Part shown: piece by piece, positions 53,496-63,778 of the stretch
How the letters are laid out: every line of letters starts with the position of its first letter
How positions within the stretch are numbered: position 1 is the stretch's first letter
Assembly: GCA_965219415.1 (NCBI GenBank)
Contig: CBDCNP010000002.1
Location: 3,424,001-3,488,000 of the forward strand
Length of the DNA stretch: 64,000 nucleotides
Reading direction: 5' to 3'
DNA from: Candidatus Marinacidobacterales bacterium
Lineage (GTDB): Bacteria > Acidobacteriota > Vicinamibacteria > Marinacidobacterales > DATDRI01
Made by a program: the position numbers and the translations under genes
Notes under the pieces: model-generated
Told to the model about the DNA's origin: nothing
The model's database searches: none
The model's input: only the letters and a program-made list of their open reading frames with translations

Positions 53496-54185
53496 ATGAG
53501 CGCAGAACACAAGAGGATTCTTGATGTAGGCGCGGCGGTGACCCCATGCGCCTACATCTTCCTGGACGAGTCCGGAAACTTCGACTTCGGCGCGAGTGGG
53601 ACCCGCTATCTCGTGCTGACCAGCGTCGGTATGTGCCGCCCGTTTCCGGTGGGAGACAGGCTCGACGACTACAAGTACCATTGCATAGAAACCGGTACCG
53701 ACATTGAGCACTTCCATTGTTACGCCGATCGCTGGGGTGTGCGTCACGCTGTCTTCGATCTGATCGCGACCCAGCTCGACAACATGCGCATTCACTCTGT
53801 AGTGATTGAGAAGGCGAAAACTGCTCCGGCGATGCGGGAAACTGAGCGCTTATACAAGTGGATGTTGGGCTACTTGCTGAGAAGGGCACTGTCCGAGGAG
53901 TTAAACGCAGGAGCCAAAGAGGTCATTGTCATCACCGATACTATTCCAGTGAACAAGAAACGGAAAGCCGTTGAAAAAAGCATACAGCGTGCGTTGGCTT
54001 CGAAACAGCAGCCGAACGTGGCGTATCGCATCTTTCATCACCAGTCGCGTTCCCACTACGGGTTGCAGGTGGCCGATTACTGCTGTTGGGCGATCTTCCG
54101 TAAGTGGGAGAGAAGAGACAGTAGTTGGTATGACCGCATCAAACCAGCGGTGCAAGGCGAGTTCGACACTTTTCCGAAAGAATGA
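53496..54185 (+). CDS. DUF3800 domain protein (RNase H-like fold)
   Basis: YIFLDESGNF, VIVITD, HHQSRSHYGLQVADYCCWAIFRKWE. Confidence 0.85.
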   Translation: MSAEHKRILDVGAAVTPCAYIFLDESGNFDFGASGTRYLVLTSVGMCRPFPVGDRLDDYKYHCIETGTDIEHFHCYADRWGVRHAVFDLIATQLDNMRIHSVVIEKAKTAPAMRETERLYKWMLGYLLRRALSEELNAGAKEVIVITDTIPVNKKRKAVEKSIQRALASKQQPNVAYRIFHHQSRSHYGLQVADYCCWAIFRKWERRDSSWYDRIKPAVQGEFDTFPKE

Positions 54186-54252
54186 CCCCCCTGACTACTC
54201 CATCGCTGGAGAGAGCACCCATGGCGCTCTTGTCATCAGGAGGGAACCTTTG
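54180..54252 (-). ncRNA. Candidate DUF3800-associated structured RNA
   Basis: Three-way junction: 54186-54194/54236-54244, 54198-54202/54207-54211, 54212-54219/54223-54230; both plus-strand A-C mismatches are G-U pairs on the minus strand. Confidence 0.65.
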
Positions 54253-54257
54253 GATTA

Positions 54258-54287
54258 AAGCTAGCACAGAGCCGTCCCAGTTGTCCA
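54258..54287 (-). promoter_or_regulatory. Sigma-70-like promoter facing the ncRNA
   Basis: TGGACA-N18-TAGCTT with extended -10 TG. Confidence 0.5.
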
Positions 54288-54306
54288 CTCGGTAATGCTC
54301 GCATCG

Positions 54307-54704
54307 TGTGCCTTCTATTTATTCATCCGCGCGCACGGAACTTGATTAGTCTCCAGTCTACCGGCACCATGCCGGCATGATGTCGTCGTTTGTTCGCGCT
54401 CTCGTCTCTGCCTTCAAGGCTCCTCGCGAGCTGGCTCTCGAGAATGTCGCTCTTCGGAGCAGCTCGCCGTGCTCCGCCGTTCGGTGAAACGGCCGCGGCT
54501 CTCGAATGTCGACCGCGAGTTTTGGGTGCTGTTGCGGGTGCTTCCGCCATTAAAGTGTTGGTGAGATGACGCTTAAGACTTTACGCTGCATTAAATTACA
54601 GACAAAATAGCGCTCGCGACCTTCGCCGCGCGCTAAATGGAACGTAAGCGCTTTTTTTGCAAAGGGATACGTACACATCACTAACAGCAAACAGCGCAAG
54701 CACC
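54307..54704. mobile_element. Family B left end/degraded 5' fragment plus IS1-derived MITE (54537-54704)
   Basis: Direct repeat matches. Confidence 0.82.
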
Positions 54705-54728
54705 CTAGATTTCACAATCACTCATGAG

Positions 54729-56582
54729 TCAGTCCACATCGGGAACTCCCCGCGCCGCGGCCGGGGCCATAAATCGCGGCTTCCGTAAGGCATCCCCGCC
54801 GATCAACGCACGTATTTCATCAAGGTCCGTCTGGAACTCCTTCGCCGATGCCCTGCGATAGCGCCAGCAACTAAACACCGGGGCGCGCCGCTCAAGGATT
54901 GCGTCGCGAGCTCGACTCTCGAACTTGAGCGCCCTCACTGATTCGCCGACCGCCCAGCAAGCCACAGCCATGCACTGCAGATAATTTGGGTCTTCTCGCA
55001 CTGACGTGTCCTGCTGGTCAAGCTCGACAACTCGCGCAAACGGCTCCGGGGCGACCAGGCCGGTCTTCGCCCAGATCGCCATGCCGTAGTTGAACGCGAC
55101 TTGCATGTCCATACGCCCGATGTCGCGTTCTTCACGAAGAAGGGAGTCTGCTGCTGCCCCGTACTCCCTGATGCCGATGTAACACAACGCCAATTCGTTG
55201 TTCGCCGACGAGCGCTCGTCCGTTGCCAGGTCTTCGTTGCCGACGAGCAGTCTAAGGATGGAGACGGCCACCCGCATCTCATCCAGTGATCGATGGAGTC
55301 CCATCGCCAGCCAGATACGTTCATCGATGGCCAGGGACGCAACGGCCTTGGACGAGGTGATGTCTCCGGATACTTCTGGCATCGCCAGCTGCACGGCGTC
55401 CCTAACAAGAGGGGGAGGCAGACCTTCACACGAGAGAACCTGCAAGGCGTCCTCGCGGGCGCCCGCAAGATCGTCCCGGTCTACGCGTACGCGAGCCCGG
55501 CGGAGACGCACTTCAGGGTCGTCGTACCCCGCATCGATTGCCCGATCGAACAGTGACGCCGCCCGTTCCGTCTGGCGATCATCCTCCAGGAACGCGCCAA
55601 GGGCGTCCAATACCTCTCCATCGCCTGAATGCACTTCCTCAATCTTGTCGAGCTTCCGGTTGAACTTTTTTGGAGAATCGTCTTGCACTCCTCGGCGGCG
55701 CCAGTGCCTGCGCGCTCGCCTGATGTAATCCAGCGCACCATCCCGGTCCGTCAGGTTGCGCCCGACAATCTCACGAACGATGTCACGGTACTCCTGCGCG
55801 AGCCGACTCCTTGGGCGGTCCCTGGTGAATATCACTTGGTTCAGCAACGATAGGCTGTCGTACCTGTGCACGACGAGCGGTCTACGACGAAAGGCGAGCT
55901 GGTTCCCGAATGCGGTGATCTTGTGCTCGAGAATCCTGTCTTCGTCGTCGAGGTCCGGAACGTTAGACATCACGAAATGGAGGTCGATTTCCTTCCTGTG
56001 CAATCCATTAGCTTCCGCTCGTATGTCACGAACAACCTTCGTCAACCCGCGCAGATTCTGTTCGTTGGGAAAGAACAGGATAGCCACCGCGTCCGGAAGC
56101 TGGCGGGTACAGATGCCGTTGGTGTCCGTATGCCCGGTGCGCGAATCGATCAACACGTAGTCCGGATCGATCGACTGCTTCCATTGCCTCTTGAGATCTT
56201 CGATCAGAAGATAGCCATCACGCTTCTTGTACAGCTCGACCCAGTCGACTGCACTGAACCGTGCCGCGTACGTCACCTCCTGATCTCCAGACGGCATGAT
56301 CCACAATTCGCCGTTGCCCTCACTGACGCCGGACAATCTGGACAAGTACCGACAGGCGTCCGGCGCTCGATTCGAGTCTAGGTAGTCATGTACGAAATCG
56401 ATGATTCCCGGAGTTCCGTCCGGGGGCCGCAGGATGTCGAACGTATCGAGCCCCGGTGCCTCTAGATCGAAGTCGACAACAAGCACGCGACGACCTCGCT
56501 TGACCAGCTCGACGGCGGCGTTGGCCAGCGCCATGCTGCGACCGACCCCACCCTTGAACGAATAGAACGTGGTGACGTACAT
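54729..56582 (-). CDS. KGGVGR-motif ParA/MinD-like ATPase with C-terminal TPR-like region
   Basis: TFYSFKGGVGRS, VDFDLEAPGL, YVLIDSRTG, PNEQNL; helical TPR-like tail. Confidence 0.88.
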   Translation of the reverse strand: MYVTTFYSFKGGVGRSMALANAAVELVKRGRRVLVVDFDLEAPGLDTFDILRPPDGTPGIIDFVHDYLDSNRAPDACRYLSRLSGVSEGNGELWIMPSGDQEVTYAARFSAVDWVELYKKRDGYLLIEDLKRQWKQSIDPDYVLIDSRTGHTDTNGICTRQLPDAVAILFFPNEQNLRGLTKVVRDIRAEANGLHRKEIDLHFVMSNVPDLDDEDRILEHKITAFGNQLAFRRRPLVVHRYDSLSLLNQVIFTRDRPRSRLAQEYRDIVREIVGRNLTDRDGALDYIRRARRHWRRRGVQDDSPKKFNRKLDKIEEVHSGDGEVLDALGAFLEDDRQTERAASLFDRAIDAGYDDPEVRLRRARVRVDRDDLAGAREDALQVLSCEGLPPPLVRDAVQLAMPEVSGDITSSKAVASLAIDERIWLAMGLHRSLDEMRVAVSILRLLVGNEDLATDERSSANNELALCYIGIREYGAAADSLLREERDIGRMDMQVAFNYGMAIWAKTGLVAPEPFARVVELDQQDTSVREDPNYLQCMAVACWAVGESVRALKFESRARDAILERRAPVFSCWRYRRASAKEFQTDLDEIRALIGGDALRKPRFMAPAAARGVPDVD

Positions 56583-56593
56583 CTCTAAAATGG

Positions 56594-57163
56594 TTATGCG
56601 ACGCGAACGTCGGAGTCCGGTATGAGCTGAAAGCGTCTCTGTTGAGCTCGAAGCTCATCGGACAACTTGAGTGAAGGGAAACGGGACGCGTCGGTTTCCG
56701 GGAAAACCCTCCTCTCCGGATCCAATCGTTCCAGCCTGCGTACGTTGTCCGGCGTCGCGAGCAGGCGCAAGTAGCGATCGTTGGCCTGGTTCTGCACTAG
56801 AATGCCGTTTTCCCAGCGGTTGAGCGTGGCTTCGCCCAATCTGGTCAGCTTCGAAAAAACCGCCCGGGACATTCCGTGCATCCGGCGAATGCCGCGTATT
56901 TCTCGTGGCGTCAGCACACCGAGATGCGCACAAACCGCCTCGTGCTTCAAAGTCTCCGCTTCGTGATCGAGAAACTCGAAACCGCAAGCGCTGCAAACTC
57001 GAACAGGAAGTGTGACAGTCAACTCGACAGCATCGGTATCTACCCCGTAGGTGAAGGTGTGGTCCCGCCATTGCGTATTAGCAGGGGCGTCGCATTCGAA
57101 GCACATGCGGTCGCCCGGCGCATCGGCGCGGTCCATCGGCGTCATGACCTGCTTCGGCTCCAT
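56594..57163 (-). CDS. MqsA-like zinc-ribbon/HTH antitoxin
   Basis: CFEC...CSAC, LTPREIRGIR, GEATLNRWENG; RBS aggagg before ATG 57163. Confidence 0.88.
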   Translation of the reverse strand: MEPKQVMTPMDRADAPGDRMCFECDAPANTQWRDHTFTYGVDTDAVELTVTLPVRVCSACGFEFLDHEAETLKHEAVCAHLGVLTPREIRGIRRMHGMSRAVFSKLTRLGEATLNRWENGILVQNQANDRYLRLLATPDNVRRLERLDPERRVFPETDASRFPSLKLSDELRAQQRRFQLIPDSDVRVA

Positions 57164-57176
57164 ATTTGGTGTCCTC

Positions 57177-57545
57177 CTACTCATGCCATGTGTAATGAAA
57201 GCTGCGACCAAGTATGCGTCCGGCGCCGAGCTCAAGCTTGACGTAGACCGTCGGCACCGTTGTATCGAGCTTGATGCGCATGACGTAGCCCGTTGCTCCC
57301 GGAGGCTTCCGGAGCGTCACGACTTCAACTTCGTGTCCTTCCTCGAGTCTGGATGCGACGAGGTCCCATGCCGACGCGTCCGTGAACGGCATTCCGCATA
57401 GCGGATTGCTTACCTGCTCCGGTTGCCATTTCGTCGGGCGGACGGAACTGAATACCGTCTGTCGGGCTCGCGGGCGCCTCGCGAGCAGGGCGAGCTGACG
57501 TCGCGTCAAATCGTCGATGCTCAACGCGATGTCCCGCCCGAACAA
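57177..57545 (-). CDS. Putative MqsR-like toxin
   Basis: Small ORF upstream of the MqsA-like gene with YVM...VYVKL...SFH C-terminal pattern; start uncertain. Confidence 0.65.
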   Translation of the reverse strand: MFGRDIALSIDDLTRRQLALLARRPRARQTVFSSVRPTKWQPEQVSNPLCGMPFTDASAWDLVASRLEEGHEVEVVTLRKPPGATGYVMRIKLDTTVPTVYVKLELGAGRILGRSFHYTWHE

Positions 57546-57569
57546 GCCGTAGCATCCTCTTCACACGCA

Positions 57570-57598
57570 ATCATATGGTTGTATCATGCAGCGATCAA
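57570..57598 (-). promoter_or_regulatory. Sigma-70-like promoter of the toxin-antitoxin-ATPase operon
   Basis: TTGATC-N17-TATGAT in an AT-rich patch. Confidence 0.5.
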
Positions 57599-57798
57599 GT
57601 CAAATAACTAAATCATACGATATCACAGATGCACAGGTGCTCCGCTATCAAGTGTTGGTGGCCGCCGCGTAACCCGCTCGCGTGCTGAAGTTTGAACCAG
57701 CATTCTGAAGACACAGTTCTCTCATCGTCAGGGCCGAGCCGAAGTGAAGAATCGCAGATGTCTCAATACCGCATGTCCGTCGTATGGAACAGTCGGTT

Positions 57799-58285
57799 GT
57801 CAACGCCGGCCGAAAACTGCACATTCATGGCGGGTGAAAATTGCACACCCGACGATTGGGTGACGAACCCCAAGACGCCGGCACCTCCGGAGATTTCTTG
57901 CGAGCGTTAGCCGGCGGGCGAGGCTCGTCCGAGCCCGCCGGATGGAGCGTGTGTTTGCTACTCTGTTTTGGCCCATATTGATCGTCTGATTTGGCCCACC
58001 CGTATCGAACCGTTAGTCTTCCCGGGGCGAAGTCCCGGGAAGGAGGTGTCGGTTGGAAAGGGGTGCCAAAGTGCGACTGTTCGAGCAGATGAGGCGAGAG
58101 TACGAACGCGGAGTTGGAACGATTCAAGGAGTTGCAACGAAGTACGGTGTTCACCGACGAATGGTTGCGACAGGCCCTGGAGAAGGCTGTGCCACGGGAG
58201 CGTAAATGTCCAGAACGGGCGTCACCGAAACTGGGTCCAGTGGTCGAGTTCATCGACGGGATTTTGGAAGGAGACAAGCGAGCCC
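57799..58285 (+). mobile_element. IS21 family ends and degraded istA 5' fragment
   Basis: tgtcaacgcc...aaaactgcaca/aaaattgcaca repeats; ttggccca repeats near 57968-58000; LFEQMRREY...YGVHRRMV. Confidence 0.7.
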
Positions 58286-58500
58286 CGTCCTGTGCCAAAA
58301 CTCGGCCCTTTTGAAATAGACCACAAATCAGCAGCTTAGACGCCCTTGGAATCCGCGCAGAATCCAGGGTATTTCGAGCCGCAGGGCTGGCTTCCGACCC
58401 CTGGGCTGCGGGTGGCGGGCGACAGGCCCACTGGGGTACGCACGGCTGGCTGGCTCAAATCGGCTGCAGGACGAGCTGCAGGCCGCGAACTGCGCACCCG
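58286..58500 (-). mobile_element. Family B right end, long form
   Basis: Reverse-complement match to 6427-6638. Confidence 0.8.
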
Positions 58501-58550
58501 CGGAAGCACCCATTGGACTGGACTTCACGGCGCAAAAGAGCGAACGTCCG

Positions 58551-58985
58551 GTGATGCCGAAGGATACAAGAGTTGGCCGGAGGGTCGTTCTGGACGGTTT
58601 GGACCTCCCTAGCCTGCGGCGGGCCTGGGAGCAGACCTTTGGGTCCGCTCCGCCAAGCTCGCTCTCACGCGCTCTCCTGCGCCGCGTTCTTGCGTACGAA
58701 CGCCAATGCCGGACCCATGGGGGGCATTCGGCCGCAACCCGACGCGCTCTGGCCGCCATGGCGAACGGCACACCAAAACACTCTGCTCCCGCAGGGTCCG
58801 TTTCTGCCGGCACCCATCTCGTCCGCAAGTGGAATGGCAGGACCTATCAGGTCGAGGTACTCGATAACGGCTATCGGTTCGACGGCAAAACCTACCCGTC
58901 CCTCACCACCATCACAAAGCGAATCACCCGCACACACTGGTCAGGACCACGCTTTTTCGGTCTGACGCCCAAGCGCAAGGCCTGA
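58551..58985 (+). CDS. DUF2924 domain protein
   Basis: LRRAW...LAYERQ...GTHLVRKWNG...WSGPRFFGL. Confidence 0.85.
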   Translation: MMPKDTRVGRRVVLDGLDLPSLRRAWEQTFGSAPPSSLSRALLRRVLAYERQCRTHGGHSAATRRALAAMANGTPKHSAPAGSVSAGTHLVRKWNGRTYQVEVLDNGYRFDGKTYPSLTTITKRITRTHWSGPRFFGLTPKRKA

Positions 58986-58986
58986 C

Positions 58987-60641
58987 ATGACGAAAATCCG
59001 CTGCGCCATCTATACCCGAAAGAGCGCTGAAGAGGGTCTCGAACAGGATTTCAACTCCCTCGATGCACAGCGGGAGGCCTGCACCGCATATGTTGCGAGC
59101 CACAAGGCGGAGGACTGGGTGCTGCTGCCAACTGTCTACGAGGACGCGGGGATCTCGGGAGGAACCCTGGAGCGTCCGGGCCTCCAGCGCTTGCTCGCCG
59201 ACATCGATGCCGGTCTCGTCGAGCAGGTGGTGGTCTACAAGGTCGACCGGCTGACCCGTTCCCTCTCCGACTTTGCGAAGCTCGTCGAACGGCTGGAGGC
59301 GGCCGGCGCGGTTTTCGTCTCGGTGACTTAGTCCTTCAACACCGCGACCAGCATGGGACGACTGACGCTGCATATGCTGCTGTCCTTCGCACAATTCGAG
59401 CGAGAAGTCACGGCCGAGCGGATCCGCGATAAGGTCGCTGCCTCCAAGCGCAAGGGACTATGGATGGGCGGCCGCGTACCGCTCGGCTATGAGAAGGACG
59501 AGCGCACGCTGCGCATCAACGAGGCTGAGGCCGAAACGGTCCGGACGCTCTATGCGCTGTACCGGCAGCACGGAACGCTCCGGCAGGTGAAGGCCGACGC
59601 GGACCGTCTGGGACTGCGCACCAAGCGACGCTTCGCCGCGGATGGAACCCTAACGGGCGGGCTGCCGTTCCGTCGCGGACACCTCCACTGCCTGCTGACC
59701 AATCCTCTCTACGCCGGCCGCATCCGGCACCAGAGGCGTGTCTACGAGGGCCAGCATCCATCGATCATCGCTCCGGAGCTCTGGGACGCGGTCCAAACGC
59801 AGCTGCAGGCAGGGGCTGCCAAACCAAGGAGACGCACGACCAAGGGCCATGCAACCCGTTCCCCACTGGCAGGCAAGCTCTTCGATGAGACCGGGGACCG
59901 GCTGACGCCGAGCCACACCAAAAAGAAAAACGGGCAACGGCTCCGCTACTACGTCTCCCGGCGCCTCATCCAGCACAGTGGCCAAAAGGACCTCTCCGGC
60001 TGGCGACTGCCCGCCCCGATGCTGGAACAGACCGTCGTGCATCTCATCCGACAGCATGTGGATGCCACGACCTTCTCGGCCTCGTCACTCCGACGATGCA
60101 AGAGCTCGCCTCGGTGCGTCGCTTTTTAGACGGGCTGTGTTCCGGTAATAATGATGATAGTGCCTCGGCAGCCAGCCTGCTCCGTTTCATCCGGCGGGTC
60201 GATATCAGCCCAGGCTCTGTGTCCATCCTGCTCGACCGCAATACGTTCGCTGATTGCCTGTCTATGGGACCCGACCGCATTCGCGAGGATGCACTCCGCA
60301 TCCACGCACCGTTCCGCTTGCGTCGACGCGGCGTCGAGACCAAGCTCGTTCTGGGCAACCCCACGAAATCCGTCGACCGCACACTCCTGCGCAATATCGC
60401 CAACGCCCTCTCCTGGCTCGACCGAATCAAAGCAGGCAAAACCTATGAGCAGATTGCCACCGAAGACGCCATCCCAACGGACCGCGTGCGCAAGGCAATC
60501 CGTTATGCATTCCTGGCTCCCGACATCGTCCGTGCCATTGTCGAAGGCCGTCAGCCCGTTGGGCTGACCTCGAGCTACCTCTTGCATCATCCACTCCCCG
60601 ACGATTGGGAGAAACAGCGCGCCCTCATTGCAACGCTTTAA
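58987..60641 (+). pseudogene. Large serine recombinase with nonsense codon and frameshift
   Basis: Resolvase domain, TAG at 59329, SFAQFEREV, VPLGY, NPLYAG, LTPSH...RYYVS, frameshift near 60095, AFLAPDIV...LPDDWEKQR. Confidence 0.9.
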
Positions 60642-61274
60642 GGTAGACCACGCTGTAAGCGAACCCGCGGCGGCTGCCACGCTCGCTCTTGATCTCCATC
60701 AGTCGGCGAACGGCATCGCCCCTTACTGATGATGACATCGGCGGCGTGCGGGTTTTGAGTTCGTTTATGTTTTTGGACACGACGGCGTTTTCCCATTAAC
60801 TGAGCGATTAGCGCTCGATGCAGCTCCGAAATGGCCTCCAATTGCATTTTGATGACCTGTTTTGCACCGTTACTGCTTGTTTGCTGCCAAGACCCGAATA
60901 GCTCCACTTGCCCCCACTTGAGCCTTACGACTGCGATAGTCGGAAAGGTGTTCCCGTCGGCGACGCGTCCATTGATGAGGCGTAAGAGCTTTTCACTACA
61001 ATGATTTACGAGCAGAGCCTCCGTCGGAGGGTTTACAACACGGCCCTCTTACAGGCGTCAAGGAGGTTGAGATTGCCGTTTAGAAAATCGAATTTAATGT
61101 CAATTCGCAAATAAACTCGAACGACCCCCCGTCGATGAGGCGTGCGGGGACCAGCACGTGACGGATGGCTTTAAATCACTGTAGTACAAGAGGATAGAAC
61201 GACGTGGGCACCAGGGCTTCTCTGAGTTTTCGCTACATTGCCCCACCACGCGCGCGGCGAAAGCGCGACGTAAC

Positions 61275-62080
61275 GGTATTGTCAAGTTGACGTTGAGCGA
61301 GCGAACCTATCGCGTCGAGCTGACTTCCTTTGCTCTCATCGGACGGCACAGGTTACCTCCTGCCAGACGATGAAAGCGCGGTCTCGTAGCTCCCGATGAT
61401 GATGCGCTTGCAACAAATGCCGTCCGACGCGAAAGAGATTTTGCACGAGTCCATGCACGGTCAAGAATCGTTGCGCCTGCCCAGGAGCTTTAAACTTCCG
61501 CATCTGTCGTTCCCGTTGTCGCGTCGGTTCGTGCGAGACTTCGGCTAGGTTGTTTCTGTACTGGTCAGTGTCGTGGACGACGGACGGCATGACCTCGCGG
61601 TGAGCGGCGCTGTAGCTTCTCAGTTTGTCGGTGACCAGCTGCCAGGGCGGACGGCCTTGCCCCTTCAACAGCTTGCGGAAGAATCGTTTGGCGGCTTTCT
61701 GATCACGGCGAGGCTGGACGAGGATATCGATTACATCACCATCTTGGTCTACCGCGCGCCAGAGGTATTGGCGTTCACCTTGTATCTTTATGAAGACCTC
61801 GTCCAGGTGCCATGTGTCACCGAGACGACCCTGCCGACGCTTCAGTCGCCGAGCGTATTCCGGCCCGAACTTAATGCACCACAGTCGGACCGCTTCGTAA
61901 GAAACCGTGATGCCTCGCTGAGCGAGCAACTCTTCGACGTTTCGAAAGCTCACGCAGAATCGGTGGTAGAGCCAGACGGCGTGGCTGATGATTTCCGGTG
62001 GAAATCGATAGCCGTGGTAGCTTGGCGCATCGGTCTTCATTGGACCATTCTGTCAGTCACCAGCTCAATTTGACAATACC
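61275..62080 (-). mobile_element. IS6 family insertion sequence, second copy
   Basis: IRs ggtattgtcaa / ttgacaatacc. Confidence 0.92.
61336..62040 (-). CDS. IS6 family transposase
   Basis: Differs from 8861-9565 by a few residues. Confidence 0.95.
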   Translation of the reverse strand: MKTDAPSYHGYRFPPEIISHAVWLYHRFCVSFRNVEELLAQRGITVSYEAVRLWCIKFGPEYARRLKRRQGRLGDTWHLDEVFIKIQGERQYLWRAVDQDGDVIDILVQPRRDQKAAKRFFRKLLKGQGRPPWQLVTDKLRSYSAAHREVMPSVVHDTDQYRNNLAEVSHEPTRQRERQMRKFKAPGQAQRFLTVHGLVQNLFRVGRHLLQAHHHRELRDRAFIVWQEVTCAVR

Positions 62081-62410
62081 AAGCAATGTCTTTCAATCGT
62101 CGCCACCCTGGCGTGCTAGAATGAACCCTAATCGCAAATAAACGTCACCGTGTCTGAGGTCTTTGGCCCCGTGAATAGCACCTTTTCCAGGTTCTGCATA
62201 CACCGTGCAGAATCACCTATAGTGGCGGCGAGCGGGTGCCCCAGCACGAGCTTCTCGCCTGCGCCCAGTGCGGCTGTTTCGCGTTTTCGTGCTTCGAAGA
62301 TTTTGCGATTAGGGTGAAGAACTGGTTCGGGAAGGGGAAAAAGAGCTTACCTCTCTCCGGTTCGGGGTGCGAGATGACAGTCGTCACCTCAGGTAAAGGA
62401 CACGAGCGGA

Positions 62411-63778
62411 ATGGTCTCCAAACGAGACGCGGCAGAGACGTCTGTAGGATCATCCCTGGATCCCTCCAGTAAACCTGGTAAGAAAGAAGAGACCGAAGTC
62501 GGAAGTTACTTCATCGCGAACTACCCCCCCTTCTCCTTCTGGTCCGACGAGCATCTCTCTGACGTAGAAGAGGCGCTAGGACGCTCTCCTCATTCTGATG
62601 TGCCTCTTGGGCTCTATCTTCACATTCCCTTTTGTCGCAAGCGCTGCAAGTTCTGCTACTTTAGGGTCTACACCGAAAAAAACGCTCGCGACGTGGAAGC
62701 CTACGTGTCCGCGCTCGCCGACGAGGTCGCGCTTTACAGCCGGTACCCCGCGTTCTCGGAGCGCCCACTGCGATTCGTCTACTTCGGCGGTGGAACGCCG
62801 TCTTTCCTGAGCCCGAGCCAGCTTGTCACTTTCGTCGAAAAGCTCCGCGGGTCCGTGGATTGGGACGGCGCGGAAGAAGTGACGTTCGAGTGCGAACCCG
62901 GAACTCTGAGCCAAAGTAAGGTTCACACCCTCAAAGAAATTGGAGTCACTCGTTTGAGTCTAGGCGTCGAGAATTTCGACGACGCTATTCTCAGAGAGAA
63001 CGGTCGTGCTCACGAAAGCGCCGAGATCTATGAAGCGTACGAATGGATCCGGAACGTTGGCTTCCCCAACGTCAATATCGACCTCATCGCCGGTATGGTC
63101 GGCGAGACGCAAGAGAATTGGAACGCCTGTATCCGCAAAACCATCGATCTTTCCCCGGACAGCGTGACCATCTACCAGATGGAGCTTCCCTACAACACGG
63201 TCTACTCCCGAGAAATCATGGTCGGAGGGCAACCGGTGCCCGTGGCAAGCTGGGAGCAGAAACGCGCCTGGGTGGGAGAGGCTTTTTCCGAGCTGGAGCG
63301 GGCGGGCTACCGAGTCTCGAGCGGCTACACCGTCACGAAAGGAGGGAAGCCCGGAAAGTTCAGCTACCGCGACAGCCTATGGCACGGCGCCGACATGGTG
63401 GGCGCGGGAGTGTCATCCTTTTCCTTCCTCGGGGGAGTCCACTTCCAGAACCTGGATCGGGTCGAGGACTACATTGCAACCGTCGAGAAAGGAAACTTGC
63501 CGCTCAAGAGGGCGCTGCCCGTCGGAGACACGGAGCAACTGATCCGAGAGCTGATCTTGCAGATGAAGCTGGGAAGCCTCGACCTCCAATACTTCCGCGA
63601 GAAATTTCAGCGTGACGTCATGAAAGAGTTCCAGCCGGCGTTCGAGAATCTCAAGGACCAGGGATACCTCGACTGGCAAGGGGATCGGGTCGTGCTCAGC
63701 CGCAACGGGCTCCTGAGGGTCGATACCCTCTTGCCAGGTTTCTTTCTCCCCCAGCACCGGGATGCCCGCTACACTTGA
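62411..63778 (+). CDS. HemN-like radical SAM protein
   Basis: GSYFIANYPP, LYLHIPFCRKRCKFCYF, YFGGGTPS, NIDLIAG. Confidence 0.9.
   Translation: MVSKRDAAETSVGSSLDPSSKPGKKEETEVGSYFIANYPPFSFWSDEHLSDVEEALGRSPHSDVPLGLYLHIPFCRKRCKFCYFRVYTEKNARDVEAYVSALADEVALYSRYPAFSERPLRFVYFGGGTPSFLSPSQLVTFVEKLRGSVDWDGAEEVTFECEPGTLSQSKVHTLKEIGVTRLSLGVENFDDAILRENGRAHESAEIYEAYEWIRNVGFPNVNIDLIAGMVGETQENWNACIRKTIDLSPDSVTIYQMELPYNTVYSREIMVGGQPVPVASWEQKRAWVGEAFSELERAGYRVSSGYTVTKGGKPGKFSYRDSLWHGADMVGAGVSSFSFLGGVHFQNLDRVEDYIATVEKGNLPLKRALPVGDTEQLIRELILQMKLGSLDLQYFREKFQRDVMKEFQPAFENLKDQGYLDWQGDRVVLSRNGLLRVDTLLPGFFLPQHRDARYT

Noticed and set aside
59329-59331. Pyrrolysine or readthrough at the recombinase TAG
   Set aside because: The position is a Gln-type codon in VTQSFNT and the gene also has a frameshift, so a nonsense mutation is simpler
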